From NCBI GenBank assembly GCA_963773065.1, contig CAVYZN010000008.1:160001-224000 (forward strand): a DNA stretch of 64,000 bases. The letters run 5' to 3'. This stretch comes from an uncultured Gammaproteobacteria bacterium. Lineage in GTDB: Bacteria; Pseudomonadota; Gammaproteobacteria; UBA9214. Positions within the stretch are counted from its first letter, which is position 1, and each line of letters starts with the position of its first letter. A model generated the notes under the pieces. It was not told the DNA's origin, did no database searches, and saw nothing but the letters and a program-made list of their open reading frames with translations. Positions 17,108-26,613 of this stretch are shown piece after piece. The position numbers and the translations under genes were made by a program.

Positions 17108-18145
17108 GTGAGAAAGATCGTCATTCACAAACCCGGGGGCTATGAGCGCCTGGTCATCGAGGAACACCCGGACCTCTCGCCTGGCCCGGACGAGATCCTG
17201 ATCGCGGTCGAGGCCATCGGCGTCAACTACGCGGACTGCGTGACGCGCATGGGACTCTACGCCTCCGCCCGGCACTACGTCGGCTACCCCATTACCCCCG
17301 GCTTCGAGGTCGCGGGCACGGTGCAGGCCACGGGCGATCGGGTCACCGACCTCGCCCCCGGTACCCCGGTCATGGCGGTGACGCGCTTCAACGGCTACGC
17401 CACCCAGCTTCTCGCCTTGCGCCACCAGGTGTTCACGCGCCCGGAGCGGCTTTCCCCAGAACAGGCGGCCGGTTTTCCGGCGGTTTCCCTGACGGCATGG
17501 TTTGCCCTGTTTGAACTGGCCCACCCGCGTGCGCGGGACACCATTCTGGTCCATTCGGCGGCCGGCGGCGTCGGCGGCATGCTGGTGCAGCTCGGCCGGG
17601 TCGCCGGCTGCCGCGTGGTGGGCGTGGTCGGCGCTCCACACAAGATCGAGGCGGTGCGCGCGCTCGGCGCCGATGCCGTCATCGACAAGTCATCGCAGGA
17701 TCTGTGGCGGGAAGCGGAGCGCCTGGCGCCCGGCGGTTATGACATCATCCTGGACGCCAACGGCGTCTCCACCCTGGGACAAAGCTACCGGCATCTCGCG
17801 CCAATCGGCAGGCTGGTGGTTTACGGGTTCCACTCCATGCTGCCCCGCCACGGCGGGGTGCCCGGCAGACTCCGGCTTGCCTGGAACTACTGGCGCACCC
17901 CGCGCTTCAGCCCGTTCAGCCTGACGACGCGCAACCGCAGCGTGCTCGGTTTCAACCTGAGTTTCCTGTTCGACCGGCAGGAACTCATGGCGCAGGGGCT
18001 GCGGCAACTGCTGCAGTGGCTGGAGGAAGGGAAACTCGCACCACCCCGGGTGACCGTCTATCCCTTCGCGCGGGTGGCGGATGCCCATCGCGACCTGGAA
18101 TCCGGCCAGACCGTGGGCAAGCTGGTGCTGAGCTGCGCCGGGTAA
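17108..18145 (+). CDS. Medium-chain dehydrogenase/reductase (VAT-1/quinone oxidoreductase-like)
   Basis: GVNYAD, TPGFEVAG, HSAAGGVG, GKLVL. Confidence 0.88.
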   Translation: MRKIVIHKPGGYERLVIEEHPDLSPGPDEILIAVEAIGVNYADCVTRMGLYASARHYVGYPITPGFEVAGTVQATGDRVTDLAPGTPVMAVTRFNGYATQLLALRHQVFTRPERLSPEQAAGFPAVSLTAWFALFELAHPRARDTILVHSAAGGVGGMLVQLGRVAGCRVVGVVGAPHKIEAVRALGADAVIDKSSQDLWREAERLAPGGYDIILDANGVSTLGQSYRHLAPIGRLVVYGFHSMLPRHGGVPGRLRLAWNYWRTPRFSPFSLTTRNRSVLGFNLSFLFDRQELMAQGLRQLLQWLEEGKLAPPRVTVYPFARVADAHRDLESGQTVGKLVLSCAG

Positions 18146-18210
18146 CGTGTCCGGTGCCAACCAGGGACTTTACGGAAAAGGGTTTTTAATCTTCCGATAC
18201 ACCACTCACT

Positions 18211-18219
18211 TGTTATAAT
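18211..18219 (+). promoter_or_regulatory. Extended -10 promoter (TGnTATAAT) of the three-gene operon
   Basis: tgttataat immediately upstream of ORF 18232. Confidence 0.55.
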
Positions 18220-18231
18220 CACAAGGAATTC

Positions 18232-19080
18232 GTGGTCACCCCCAGAGAAAATAGAGACAAATTCGTGTCGAACGACGCTTCGAGACCAGAACATCTGCCC
18301 GACTTCCGCAATACTCCATTGAATGAGGTTGTGCTCGGCGTCCAGTTCAGCACCCCGAAGGGATACCAACAAATATATGCTGGGGAAGTGTGGAATTTGT
18401 TTCGCGCTGAATTTCCCAAGATCGAGGAACAGCTTCCCCTCGCTCCTGCTTTCGAAACCTTTGGTCTCCCATCGAAGGGTAAGCAACTTGGCTTCATTAC
18501 GGGCGCGTCGCACGATCGATTCTGGTTTCTGAGCCAGGACGGCGATGAGCTGATTCAGTTCCAGCAAGATCGTCTCCTTCACAATTGGCGAAAGGTTGGG
18601 GATCTATCGAACGAATACCCGCGTTTCGAATCCATGATCAATCGCTTCCATGGCGAACTTGAGCAGTTGCAGGGCTATTTGAATGGGCTGGTATCGCAAA
18701 AGTTGGCTATCAACCAGTGTGAAATTTCATACATCAACCACATTGCGCCTACAGCAGGCCAGGACATTAAGGCTTCCGACTGGCTTCGCATCGTAATGTT
18801 TGGCGACAAAGAGCCTGATGATTTCTCCACCAGTTTTCGCGAGGTTATTTACGACGAAGACGGGAAGCCACAGGGGCGACTCACATGCGAGGCCTCGACT
18901 GGAATCAAACCGGATGGTTCGCGAATCATTGTAATGACATTGACGGTTCGCGGAGCGCCCAAGGGTGGTGATATCGAATCAGCGCTTCAGTTTCTGACAA
19001 AAGGGCGCGAATTGATCGTCTGTCGATTCGCGGAATTGACCACAGAGGAAGCTCACAAGACGTGGGGACGAATTAGATGA
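18232..19080 (+). CDS. TIGR04255 family protein
   Basis: LPDFRNTPLNEVVLGVQF, RFWF, LIQFQQDR, YPRF, EISYIN motifs; true start may be slightly downstream. Confidence 0.8.
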   Translation: MVTPRENRDKFVSNDASRPEHLPDFRNTPLNEVVLGVQFSTPKGYQQIYAGEVWNLFRAEFPKIEEQLPLAPAFETFGLPSKGKQLGFITGASHDRFWFLSQDGDELIQFQQDRLLHNWRKVGDLSNEYPRFESMINRFHGELEQLQGYLNGLVSQKLAINQCEISYINHIAPTAGQDIKASDWLRIVMFGDKEPDDFSTSFREVIYDEDGKPQGRLTCEASTGIKPDGSRIIVMTLTVRGAPKGGDIESALQFLTKGRELIVCRFAELTTEEAHKTWGRIR

Positions 19081-19562
19081 TCAGAACTCAAAGCAACTCC
19101 GCATTTTCATTGGCGTCTTCCACGAACGTTATCCAACTGCCTGGTTCTCAAGAAAGGATACTCATCAACGAAAACGTGAGTACCTGGGGCGATACCGTTA
19201 AGAAGCGGCTGGAAGAACTTATTCAACTATCGGCTGGTTGGGATGGCTACCAAGGAGTGCACGTGAGTTTCGAAAATGCGAATTTTGCATTTCGCGTGTT
19301 GGATGCAATCTGCGGACTTCAAACTCGCGCGCCGCAAATCGTGCCAGGCGCGGCAGGGGATCTGCAGATCGAGTGGCACACCTTAAATGGCGATATCGAA
19401 TTGCACGTCAGGGCGCCTAATGATGTACATGCTTGGCGCGCAATGACTGGCGGCGATCCGGATGGGGAAGAGTTGGAGTTAACCAACGACTTTGCAGTTA
19501 TCGCCCAGTGGGTAAGAGAAATAACGGAGCCGCCGATTGCCGCTGCAGCAACCGCCGCGTGA
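19077..19562 (+). CDS. Hypothetical protein with GWDGY...P.I.P...G.LQIEWH motif (putative antitoxin/partner)
   Basis: ATGA overlap with upstream gene; intact 161-aa ORF. Confidence 0.7.
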   Translation: MIRTQSNSAFSLASSTNVIQLPGSQERILINENVSTWGDTVKKRLEELIQLSAGWDGYQGVHVSFENANFAFRVLDAICGLQTRAPQIVPGAAGDLQIEWHTLNGDIELHVRAPNDVHAWRAMTGGDPDGEELELTNDFAVIAQWVREITEPPIAAAATAA

Positions 19563-19989
19563 TGAGGATGGCAACGTAGTCCCTCACGATCACCAGGGGA
19601 TTCTTCCAGAAGATGGGATTATTAGACGCATTCCCGAGCACCACATAGTGACGGACGAGAAGATTGGAGGCCGGCGGATTTCATCCATGGCCTTTAAGCC
19701 TTCGTCCGGGCCGAATGGTGGCATGTCCGTCGACCTGCAACAACAGATCGAGGAGGCAGGGCTGGACACCAAAACTTACGTCACGACTCCACCATGGATC
19801 GGTTCTATACGATACAAGGCAGGCCAACTTCGGACAGAAGAATTCATGGTGGGATTCGACCCGAAAGACTCGAATCCATATCACGGCGAAGTGTGGGGAA
19901 AATTTACCAAGGCAAAGCAGAACCGACTTCGTCAACTATGCGAGTGGTTTGTACCAATCGATGATGTATCAATTGGTGGCAATGAATGA
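19537..19989 (+). CDS. Hypothetical protein, possible ADP-ribosyltransferase/RES-like toxin
   Basis: IIRR...SSMAF...GMSVD...DP..NPYHGEV pattern; overlaps upstream gene. Confidence 0.55.
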   Translation: MPLQQPPRDEDGNVVPHDHQGILPEDGIIRRIPEHHIVTDEKIGGRRISSMAFKPSSGPNGGMSVDLQQQIEEAGLDTKTYVTTPPWIGSIRYKAGQLRTEEFMVGFDPKDSNPYHGEVWGKFTKAKQNRLRQLCEWFVPIDDVSIGGNE

Positions 19990-20010
19990 TCGGGGGAAAC
20001 CTCAGAAACC

Positions 20011-20187
20011 TCAGGGGCAGACCACGTTTTTGCGCAGTGAAAAAGGCCGTGCCCGTTGCCATCCCATTGTGTGGATGGGTTGGGAGCAACTGCGCCGCAT
20101 GCGTGTTCGATTAGTACTACCGCTGTCTAGTGAAAAACGTGGTCTGTCCCTGATGCTTCTCCGAATCACAAAACGTGGTCTATCCCC
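20011..20187. repeat. REP-like GG(A/G)CAGACCACGTTTT inverted repeat, three copies
   Basis: 20011-20031 vs 20133-20153 (1 mismatch); third copy 20170-20187. Confidence 0.85.
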
Positions 20188-20189
20188 AA

Positions 20190-20370
20190 ATCACAATGTT
20201 CATCCAGCGCCTCGCGCAGCTTGACGAGCAACGGGCGTTTGTCCTCGGCGGCTTTGGCCTTGACGATCAGCGTCACCACCTCGCGGCTCTTGGCGCGCAG
20301 CTCGGAGCCGAGCGTGTATTTGTGGTAGCGGGAGAATCCGGCCACGACCTTCTCGAAGTGCACGGCAATT
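20190..20370 (-). pseudogene. Four-helix-bundle (bAvd-like) protein fragment
   Basis: HFEKVVAGFSRYHKYTLGSELRAKSREVVTLIVKA; truncated at both ends. Confidence 0.7.
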
Positions 20371-20490
20371 GCTCCTGCATTGCCCTACCACTACATCCCG
20401 GCGACCGCTACGTCCAGCGCCTGTTTATCGGCAGATGTTCTGTAATTTGGCTGCCATCAGAGTCCTCGCTGGACTCACCCAACTCGCCTT

Positions 20491-20860
20491 CGTTCAGCCC
20501 TTCGCCACCAACCTGCGCGGCTACTACGGCCTTTGCTGACTTCTCGCCTGCGGCGGTCTACTTCACGCGCGCCGCCGGCCCTTTCAGGCCCAAGACGAGA
20601 TCTCCCCAGGTAAGAACCTTGACCTTCCCGGCACAACCGTTGGATCTACCCAGGGCGCCCTTGATGATCAGAGCTTCGCGTTCCCTAGCACGCTCGCCCC
20701 AGCGCTACCAAGCCTCCTATCCGCTGCCTGTTCGTCGGCTCACCGTTTCGCTCCACGCTTCCTCCCCACGGTCGGTCACCCTCCAGCAGTTGCGCTTCGC
20801 TTCGATTGAAATCATCTACTCTCGGGAGGACTTGCCCTCCAAGTCAAGGCCCACGGCGTG
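20491..20860 (-). mobile_element. Group II intron 5' fragment (DI-DIII, IIC-like); no RT ORF, no DV/DVI
   Basis: Minus-strand motifs GCAAGTCCTCCCG, GAAGCGCAACTGC, GTGGGGAGGAAGCGTGGAGCGAAAC, CTTACCTGGGGAGATCTC, GAGAAGTCAGCAAAGGCCGTAGTAG, GGCGAAGGGCTGAAC. Confidence 0.8.
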
Positions 20861-21061
20861 CTGCCGGCGATCCTCAGCCGGCTTGTCGGCCAGGGTGGTT
20901 GCCGCAGGAATACCGCCACGCATTTCGGTGCCACGGCGCACCCTACGGGTTTGGCGGATTGCCGGTTCGCGGCCATGGCCGCTTCTCCAACACAAAAATC
21001 TTTATTCGAGTCACTGCGCCTCACCGGGGCCGTCTGCACGATACGCTCGAGCGCATCGCCG

Positions 21062-22033
21062 TCAACGGTGAGGGGTGAGCAGTCCGGCGGAGGCCAGGCG
21101 CGGCACCAGGGTACGCCAGTGGTCATCCCGGCGGAATACGGCCGCGAACAGCGGCAAGGCTTCGTTCAGCCGATGGGCATTGGCCAGCGACACGGCGTGC
21201 CAGAACTTCATCTCGAGGTTGTCCGGGGCGAGCCGCTCGGCGCGGCCATACTGCGAGAGCGCCCCGTCCATGTCCTTCTGTTCCAGCGACTGGTCACCGA
21301 GGTTCATCAGGCGGTAGGCCGTATGCAGCGTCAGCAGGCGCCGCAGTTCCTCAAGCGGCGCCGGATTATCCTCGACCTGCAGGTCCACCAGCCGGTCCTC
21401 CCAGGGACGGCCGGTCGCCACCCCGCGCACCACCAGCAGCGCCGCCGACTGCTTGCCCCGAAGATCGCCGCCCACCGCCTGCGCGGCGTCCAGGGCCGAG
21501 AGCATGCGCTCGGCCAGCGTTCCCTTGGCCTGGCGATACGCCGCGGCCATCGCCTGCGGCACGCCCTCGTTGATCATCAGGTTCGCCTGGACGGAAAAGT
21601 CATCGCCCTGCAGATCACCGGCATACGGGATGCAGTGCTTGCCCGTGTAGGCCCCGATATGGCCCTGCGCATCGATCATGGCCACCTGGCGCACCTCGGG
21701 GTTCGGGTCGGCGCGCCGCAGGGCATCCAGGGTACGTTGCGCGCTGAGGCCGGTGCGCATCAGGTCCAGCCCGGCCACCCCATAGCGCACCTCGATGAAC
21801 GACTGGGTGGCCACCGCCCCGACGCCGGCCTCGGCCCAGGGCACCAGCGTGCCCACCGCGAACCAGTGCGACTGCACCGCCACGCCGAGCTGCCCGGTTT
21901 CGGGATCGCGCGCCACGATGGAATAGGTGTGCACCGGTCGCAGCCCGCTCGCGGCGGGGGCGTCTTCCTGCGCACGCGCCTGCCACGGCAGCGCGGCGAG
22001 CAGCACGAGGAACAGCGCTAACAGCCGGTACAT
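21062..22033 (-). CDS. DUF1028 family Ntn-hydrolase with C-terminal TPR
   Basis: Signal peptide, HTYSIVARDP, GAVATQS, GGDLRGKQSAAL. Confidence 0.88.
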   Translation of the reverse strand: MYRLLALFLVLLAALPWQARAQEDAPAASGLRPVHTYSIVARDPETGQLGVAVQSHWFAVGTLVPWAEAGVGAVATQSFIEVRYGVAGLDLMRTGLSAQRTLDALRRADPNPEVRQVAMIDAQGHIGAYTGKHCIPYAGDLQGDDFSVQANLMINEGVPQAMAAAYRQAKGTLAERMLSALDAAQAVGGDLRGKQSAALLVVRGVATGRPWEDRLVDLQVEDNPAPLEELRRLLTLHTAYRLMNLGDQSLEQKDMDGALSQYGRAERLAPDNLEMKFWHAVSLANAHRLNEALPLFAAVFRRDDHWRTLVPRLASAGLLTPHR

Positions 22034-22151
22034 GAGTTGTCCTCCTGGTGGATATGGCGCACTATCCGGCGAGGCTGGCCGGCGCTATCCGGGGTCGCCG
22101 GCAACGGCGATCGCCACGGCGTCGTGACGCGTTCTGAACAGGCTGGATGGT

Positions 22152-22736
22152 ATGCGAATCCCTGACCGAATTCTAATGCTTCGGCTGCTGCCGGTGCTGG
22201 CGGCCGGCATCCTCTGGGCCATACCCGCCCTGACGCGCGCGGAAACTCCCGCGGGGCCTTATGTCGAGGCTGACGGCATCGCCATGTACGTGCGCCTGTA
22301 TACCCCGGACCAGATGGCGGCATTCTACGAAGCCCGCGGTTTCCCGCGCGGCGCCATCGAGCGCCTCCGGCAGACCTGTTTCGTGATGGCCCATATCGAG
22401 AACCGGGGGGAGCGGGTCATCTGGCTGGAACTGAAAAACTGGCATTTCCTGTCCGCCAGGGGCGAGATCCGCCGCCTCGACCGCAACTACTGGGATAGCG
22501 TCTGGAATGACATCGGCCTGCCGCAGGCCAGCCGTGCCACCTTCGGGTGGACACAACTGCCCGATGAGCGCGATCTGCAGCCGGGGGAACCGGTGGGCGG
22601 CAACGTGATCCTGCCCGCCACCGATGAGACCTTCACGCTGCAGGCGGATTTTCTGACCGGGAAGGACAAACGTTCGGGCATGATCAGCGTACGCTTCGAG
22701 AACCTGCGGTGCGCGCGGGATCAACCGACGCCATGA
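22152..22736 (+). CDS. Exported hypothetical protein
   Basis: Signal peptide; ATGA overlap with downstream gene. Confidence 0.7.
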   Translation: MRIPDRILMLRLLPVLAAGILWAIPALTRAETPAGPYVEADGIAMYVRLYTPDQMAAFYEARGFPRGAIERLRQTCFVMAHIENRGERVIWLELKNWHFLSARGEIRRLDRNYWDSVWNDIGLPQASRATFGWTQLPDERDLQPGEPVGGNVILPATDETFTLQADFLTGKDKRSGMISVRFENLRCARDQPTP

Positions 22737-23254
22737 AACGCCGGCTGCTCCTGTTAGGGTGCTGCGTGGCGCTGGGCCATCCGGCATGGCCGGCCGCCGC
22801 CGCGGACCTCCCGCCCGGTGTTATGGCCGTGGACGGGCGGCCGGCCCCCGCGCTCAGGCTGAACACGCTCGATGGCGCGGCCTATGATCTGGCCGGGGCG
22901 CGGGGGCATTGGGTCTTCGTGCACTTCTGGGCCACCTGGTGCGGCCCGTGCAAACGCGAGATGCCGGCTATCCAGCGCATGCTCACGGCGCTGCGGGACA
23001 GTCGCCTCGAGATCGTCATGGTGAATACCGCCGAGACCGAGGAGGAGGTATTCACCTTTCTCGCCGCCGTCGCGCCGGATGTGAACCCGTTGCTGGATAC
23101 GCAGGGCCTGGTGACGGAGCACTGGCAGCCACGCGGGCTGCCGGCCACCTTCCTGGTCGACCCGCAGGGGCGCATCCGCTACCAGGCCCTGGGCGGACGG
23201 GATTGGGACACGCCACCTTACCTTGATTTTCTGCGCCGCCTCATCGCCGACTGA
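22733..23254 (+). CDS. TlpA/ResA family thiol-disulfide oxidoreductase
   Basis: FWATWCGPCKREMP, GLPATFLVDP. Confidence 0.9.
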   Translation: MKRRLLLLGCCVALGHPAWPAAAADLPPGVMAVDGRPAPALRLNTLDGAAYDLAGARGHWVFVHFWATWCGPCKREMPAIQRMLTALRDSRLEIVMVNTAETEEEVFTFLAAVAPDVNPLLDTQGLVTEHWQPRGLPATFLVDPQGRIRYQALGGRDWDTPPYLDFLRRLIAD

Positions 23255-23273
23255 GCGGCAACGCCGCGACTCA

Positions 23274-23450
23274 GAGCCTGTGAAAATATCGACGGCCGTA
23301 GCGAGGGCGTCGATTGGCGTGCGAGGCAAGGCGCGCTGCGCGAAAACAAGGGAGTTTGGCGAGCCAAATGACCGAAGTTTTCGCGTGGCGCAACGCCGCC
23401 GCAGCCGCAAAGCGGCGTCCGCAGCAGGCTGGCGATATTTTCACAGGCTC
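23274..23450. mobile_element. MITE-like element with 18-bp terminal inverted repeats and possible TCA target duplication
   Basis: gagcctgtgaaaatatcg / cgatattttcacaggctc, flanked by TCA on both sides. Confidence 0.75.
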
Positions 23451-23699
23451 TCACTCCAGCCACTCCAGCAGGTAATAGAGAAACTGGCCTTCCGATGACT
23501 TCGACGGTCCCACCACGCGCGCGGCATGGCGCCGGTGCGGCGGGTCGGCGGCCTCGATGGCCGCTTCCCGGGAAGCGAAGACCTCCACGCAACCGGCCGG
23601 GTAGCGCTTGCGATTGCGGCGCGGCGTGAAGATGACCACGAAGCGCACCTGCGAGACGCCGGTCTCGGGATCGGGAGGCACCATGCCGCGCAGGCTCAT
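23451..23699 (-). CDS. Small conserved hypothetical protein
   Basis: RKRYPAGCVEV...VVGPSKSSEGQFLYYLLEWL. Confidence 0.65.
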   Translation of the reverse strand: MSLRGMVPPDPETGVSQVRFVVIFTPRRNRKRYPAGCVEVFASREAAIEAADPPHRRHAARVVGPSKSSEGQFLYYLLEWLE

Positions 23700-23785
23700 C
23701 TCAGCGCCGCTCCCGGCAGGTTCTCGAATCCGCCTTCGGCGAGCGCCCTCAGGATGCGTTCCTCTGCAATGCTATCGATCAACAT
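23696..23785 (-). pseudogene. DUF1992 (DnaJ-associated) N-terminal fragment
   Basis: MLIDSIAEERILRALAEGGFENLPG then stop after 29 aa. Confidence 0.6.
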
Positions 23786-23813
23786 GCCCCGGTTCCCGCC
23801 TTGACCCGAACCG

Positions 23814-24284
23814 TCAACGACGCTCGAGCAGTTCCGGCCGCAACATCCACAGCAGGATCCACCGCTCGACGTCGCACCGTTCCAGGCAAACCACGCTGCC
23901 GGGAAGAAACCCCACGACCCCGCGTTCCGGGTCCTCCGCCACCAGCCATGCAACCAGCCGTGACAAGAACGGCAGGTGTCCGACCACCAGGGTATCCTGC
24001 TCCCAGACGTCGGCATCGGAAACAAACCCGGCAACCGGATCGTTGGGTTCGATCCCGCCGATCGCTTCCACCGCGCCCCCGTGCAACACCGCTTTCGCCA
24101 GGATTTGCGCCGTCTGCTCGGCGCGCCGCTTGCCGCTGTGCCAGACACGCTCGACCCGGATGCCCGCGCCTTTGAGGAATTTCGCCATGGCCTGCACCTC
24201 CCGCCGGCCCGGTTCACTCAGGGGACGGGCCGGATCGACATCCTTGGCGAGCGCCTCGCCATGCTGTACCAGATAGAGTTTCAT
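23814..24284 (-). CDS. sixA: Phosphohistidine phosphatase SixA
   Basis: MKLYLVQHGEA, HSGKRRAEQTA, VGHLP. Confidence 0.88.
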   Translation of the reverse strand: MKLYLVQHGEALAKDVDPARPLSEPGRREVQAMAKFLKGAGIRVERVWHSGKRRAEQTAQILAKAVLHGGAVEAIGGIEPNDPVAGFVSDADVWEQDTLVVGHLPFLSRLVAWLVAEDPERGVVGFLPGSVVCLERCDVERWILLWMLRPELLERR

Positions 24285-24339
24285 GGGTCGTTCAGGATAA
24301 CGCCGTTCCGGTTCTGGACCAAGGTAAGTTCCGCGCGCG

Positions 24340-25239
24340 TCAGCGCACGATAAAATCAACGACGGCCTGCACCGTCGCCGGGTCACGCAGGATGCGGCGG
24401 TGCCCCAGGCCGCGCGTCATCAGCCACCGCGCCCCCGGCCAGGCGGCGGCGATCATCTCCCCCTGCCGCCAGGGCACATCGAGGTCATCCCGGTCATGCA
24501 CGATCAGCGCCGGAGCGGTCAATGTCCGGGCATTGCTGTCCGTGGACAGCAGCTCCCAGACATTCGCGGCGAAGCGCCGCTCCAACCGGCGGCGCAGGTC
24601 GGTCAGCACGGGAGCCGGCATGGCCAGCACGCGGGCAAAGCGTTCGAGCAGGAACTCGAGCCGCGCCGGCGCGCCGATGCAGACGACGCGCCCGGCGGCC
24701 AGTCCCCGATGCAGGGCATAGGCCAGCACCATGCCGCCAAAAGAGTGGGTGATGGCGCCGTGCAGCGGGCCGTAGGTCGCGGCGATGGCCTGCACCGCGG
24801 CGGCGATTTCCAGGATGTTGGTGCGCCTGCCCGGGGTCTTCCCGTGTGCCGGCGCGTCGAAGCTCAGCACGCAATAACCGGCGGCGGTCAAAGGCCCGAT
24901 AAACGCGGCAACCTGGGTCGCGCGCCCCGACCAGCCGTGCACGAAGACGACGGTCGGTCCCGCACCCCAGCGGTAAACGGCGACCGGTATGCCATCGACT
25001 GGCAGCAGCAGGCGCTCGGCGCTTCCGGCCGCGGCCTGTTCGGCCGCCGGCTCCGCATGGCGGCGGGTACGAAACCACAAGCGGTAGGCCCAGCCCCCCA
25101 TCAGGCCGGGAAACACGGGCCCCAGGGTAGAGAATGCGGCACGCTGGGCGCGTAGCGCGACGGGGGGCGTGCCTCGGCGCTGGCCGGTTCGCCCGGGGGC
25201 ATCGGCCGTTGCGCGGATGCCGAGAAATCTAGCCTTCAT
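24340..25239 (-). CDS. Alpha/beta hydrolase
   Basis: VHGWSG, FDAPAHG, HSFGG, HDRDD, GLGH. Confidence 0.88.
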   Translation of the reverse strand: MKARFLGIRATADAPGRTGQRRGTPPVALRAQRAAFSTLGPVFPGLMGGWAYRLWFRTRRHAEPAAEQAAAGSAERLLLPVDGIPVAVYRWGAGPTVVFVHGWSGRATQVAAFIGPLTAAGYCVLSFDAPAHGKTPGRRTNILEIAAAVQAIAATYGPLHGAITHSFGGMVLAYALHRGLAAGRVVCIGAPARLEFLLERFARVLAMPAPVLTDLRRRLERRFAANVWELLSTDSNARTLTAPALIVHDRDDLDVPWRQGEMIAAAWPGARWLMTRGLGHRRILRDPATVQAVVDFIVR

Positions 25240-25619
25240 CGGACCCGAACAACCCGTCCAGCCGGCGGCGGGCACGTTCGGCATCGCTGGCAATGCCCTC
25301 CGCCCCGCCCTTCTGCGTGTCGCCGAAAAGCGCATCCAGCCGCGCTTTGGCCTCCCGCGCCGGGTCCGCGACCGGCCCCGCATAGGCGTCGGGGCGTGGC
25401 TGGAAATAACCGCAGAAATTCGCGCGCTCCTTGTCCTTGACCTCATCCGCGATCGGCTCGCGGCAACTGTTGGCAACGCCGGGGTCGTAGAATACACACA
25501 GGCGGCAGACGTGCAGATCCGCATGGCAGACCTTGCACTCAGCCAGCCGCGCCAGGGGTAATGGCTCCCCTTCGATTGCAGCGCCGCATTTCCAGCAAAC
25601 CAGAGAGTGTCGATGGCAT
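25229..25619 (-). CDS. Cys-rich conserved hypothetical protein (frameshift near start; not in ORF track)
   Basis: Manual translation VCWKCG...ECKVCHADLHVCRLCVFYDP...DKERANFCGYF...RLDALFG. Confidence 0.75.
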
Positions 25620-25850
25620 GGTCAAGACCGGCAGGGTATCGATGATGATAACCGAAACATAGTCCGTGAACACGGCCCGAAGCAACCGCCAGCCGCGCCA
25701 TTGCCCCCGACTCGGCCGCCTGCCGGGCGCCGGGAAGCGCGCGGCGCGCGTGCGACACACGGGGCCAGCCCGATAATCCCCGGTTGCCTTCCCAAACACC
25801 GGAATTCGTACCACAATCAGCCCACGCAAACAATTTGGGAGGGCGCGGCG

Positions 25851-26411
25851 ATGATCGGCAAAAAGAATATCGTGTTCGGTTTTTTCTACCTGGTGCTGAC
25901 GGCGGCCCTGGGACCCTACATGGTGAAGGCGGTGTTTCCCGATATCGCCACCGCCGCTGCCGCCAAGCGGGAAAACATGGCGGCTCTGCAGCTCATGGTC
26001 AGCAACGGCTTCGAAGCCGACCTGGAGCCCCTGTCCGCCGCGGAGATTGCGCGCCGCAACACCGGCGCCATCCTCGCCCTCAATGCTCAACTGGGCATGC
26101 AGGAAAAACTGGATGCCATCAAAGGAGGACCCCATGCACACGGCAACCTGGAGGCCCTGCTGAACATCGCCGCCGGTCTGTGTTTGTGTTTCATTTCGGT
26201 GGCGCCGCTGTTCAAGCAGATCATCAGCGGTTTGTTCCTGCTCGGCGCCCTGCTGCATTCGGGCATGCTCTATCTGGCGATCGTGTTTGAAATCCCGTGG
26301 GCAGAGCAGGTGCTGTCGACGGGCATCGGCCCGGTACTGCTGCTGGCGGCCCTGTTGCTGACTGGCATCGCCGCCGCCATCGGATTTCGCGGGCAGCCGG
26401 TGGAACGGTAG
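25851..26411 (+). CDS. Hypothetical membrane protein
   Basis: MIGKKNIVFGFFYL, HAHGNLE, HSGMLY; several TMs. Confidence 0.75.
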   Translation: MIGKKNIVFGFFYLVLTAALGPYMVKAVFPDIATAAAAKRENMAALQLMVSNGFEADLEPLSAAEIARRNTGAILALNAQLGMQEKLDAIKGGPHAHGNLEALLNIAAGLCLCFISVAPLFKQIISGLFLLGALLHSGMLYLAIVFEIPWAEQVLSTGIGPVLLLAALLLTGIAAAIGFRGQPVER

Positions 26412-26499
26412 TTATCGCCCGCCCATAAACACCCTTTTTATTTCTTTACGGATGAACACTACCTCGCTGCTTATTGGTTATATTTAGGGTGAGGTTTTT

Positions 26500-26513
26500 T
26501 TGACGTGCATCAA
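26500..26513 (+). promoter_or_regulatory. FNR/Anr/Dnr-type binding site
   Basis: TTGAC-GTGC-ATCAA (1 mismatch to TTGAT-N4-ATCAA), with a -10-like taataat at 26535-26541. Confidence 0.6.
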
Positions 26514-26613
26514 GACGAACGTCTGGCTGCAAGTTAATAATGCGCCCTTATTACCGAGAAACGCAGGCGCACCCATCCTGCGTAAACAACACCTGTTCAT
26601 CTGGAGGTGACCT

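Noticed and set aside
20166-21071. Functional DGR or intact group II intron
   Set aside because: No RT gene, no DV/DVI and no TR/VR pair seen; ORF 20175-21071 is antisense to the intron RNA.
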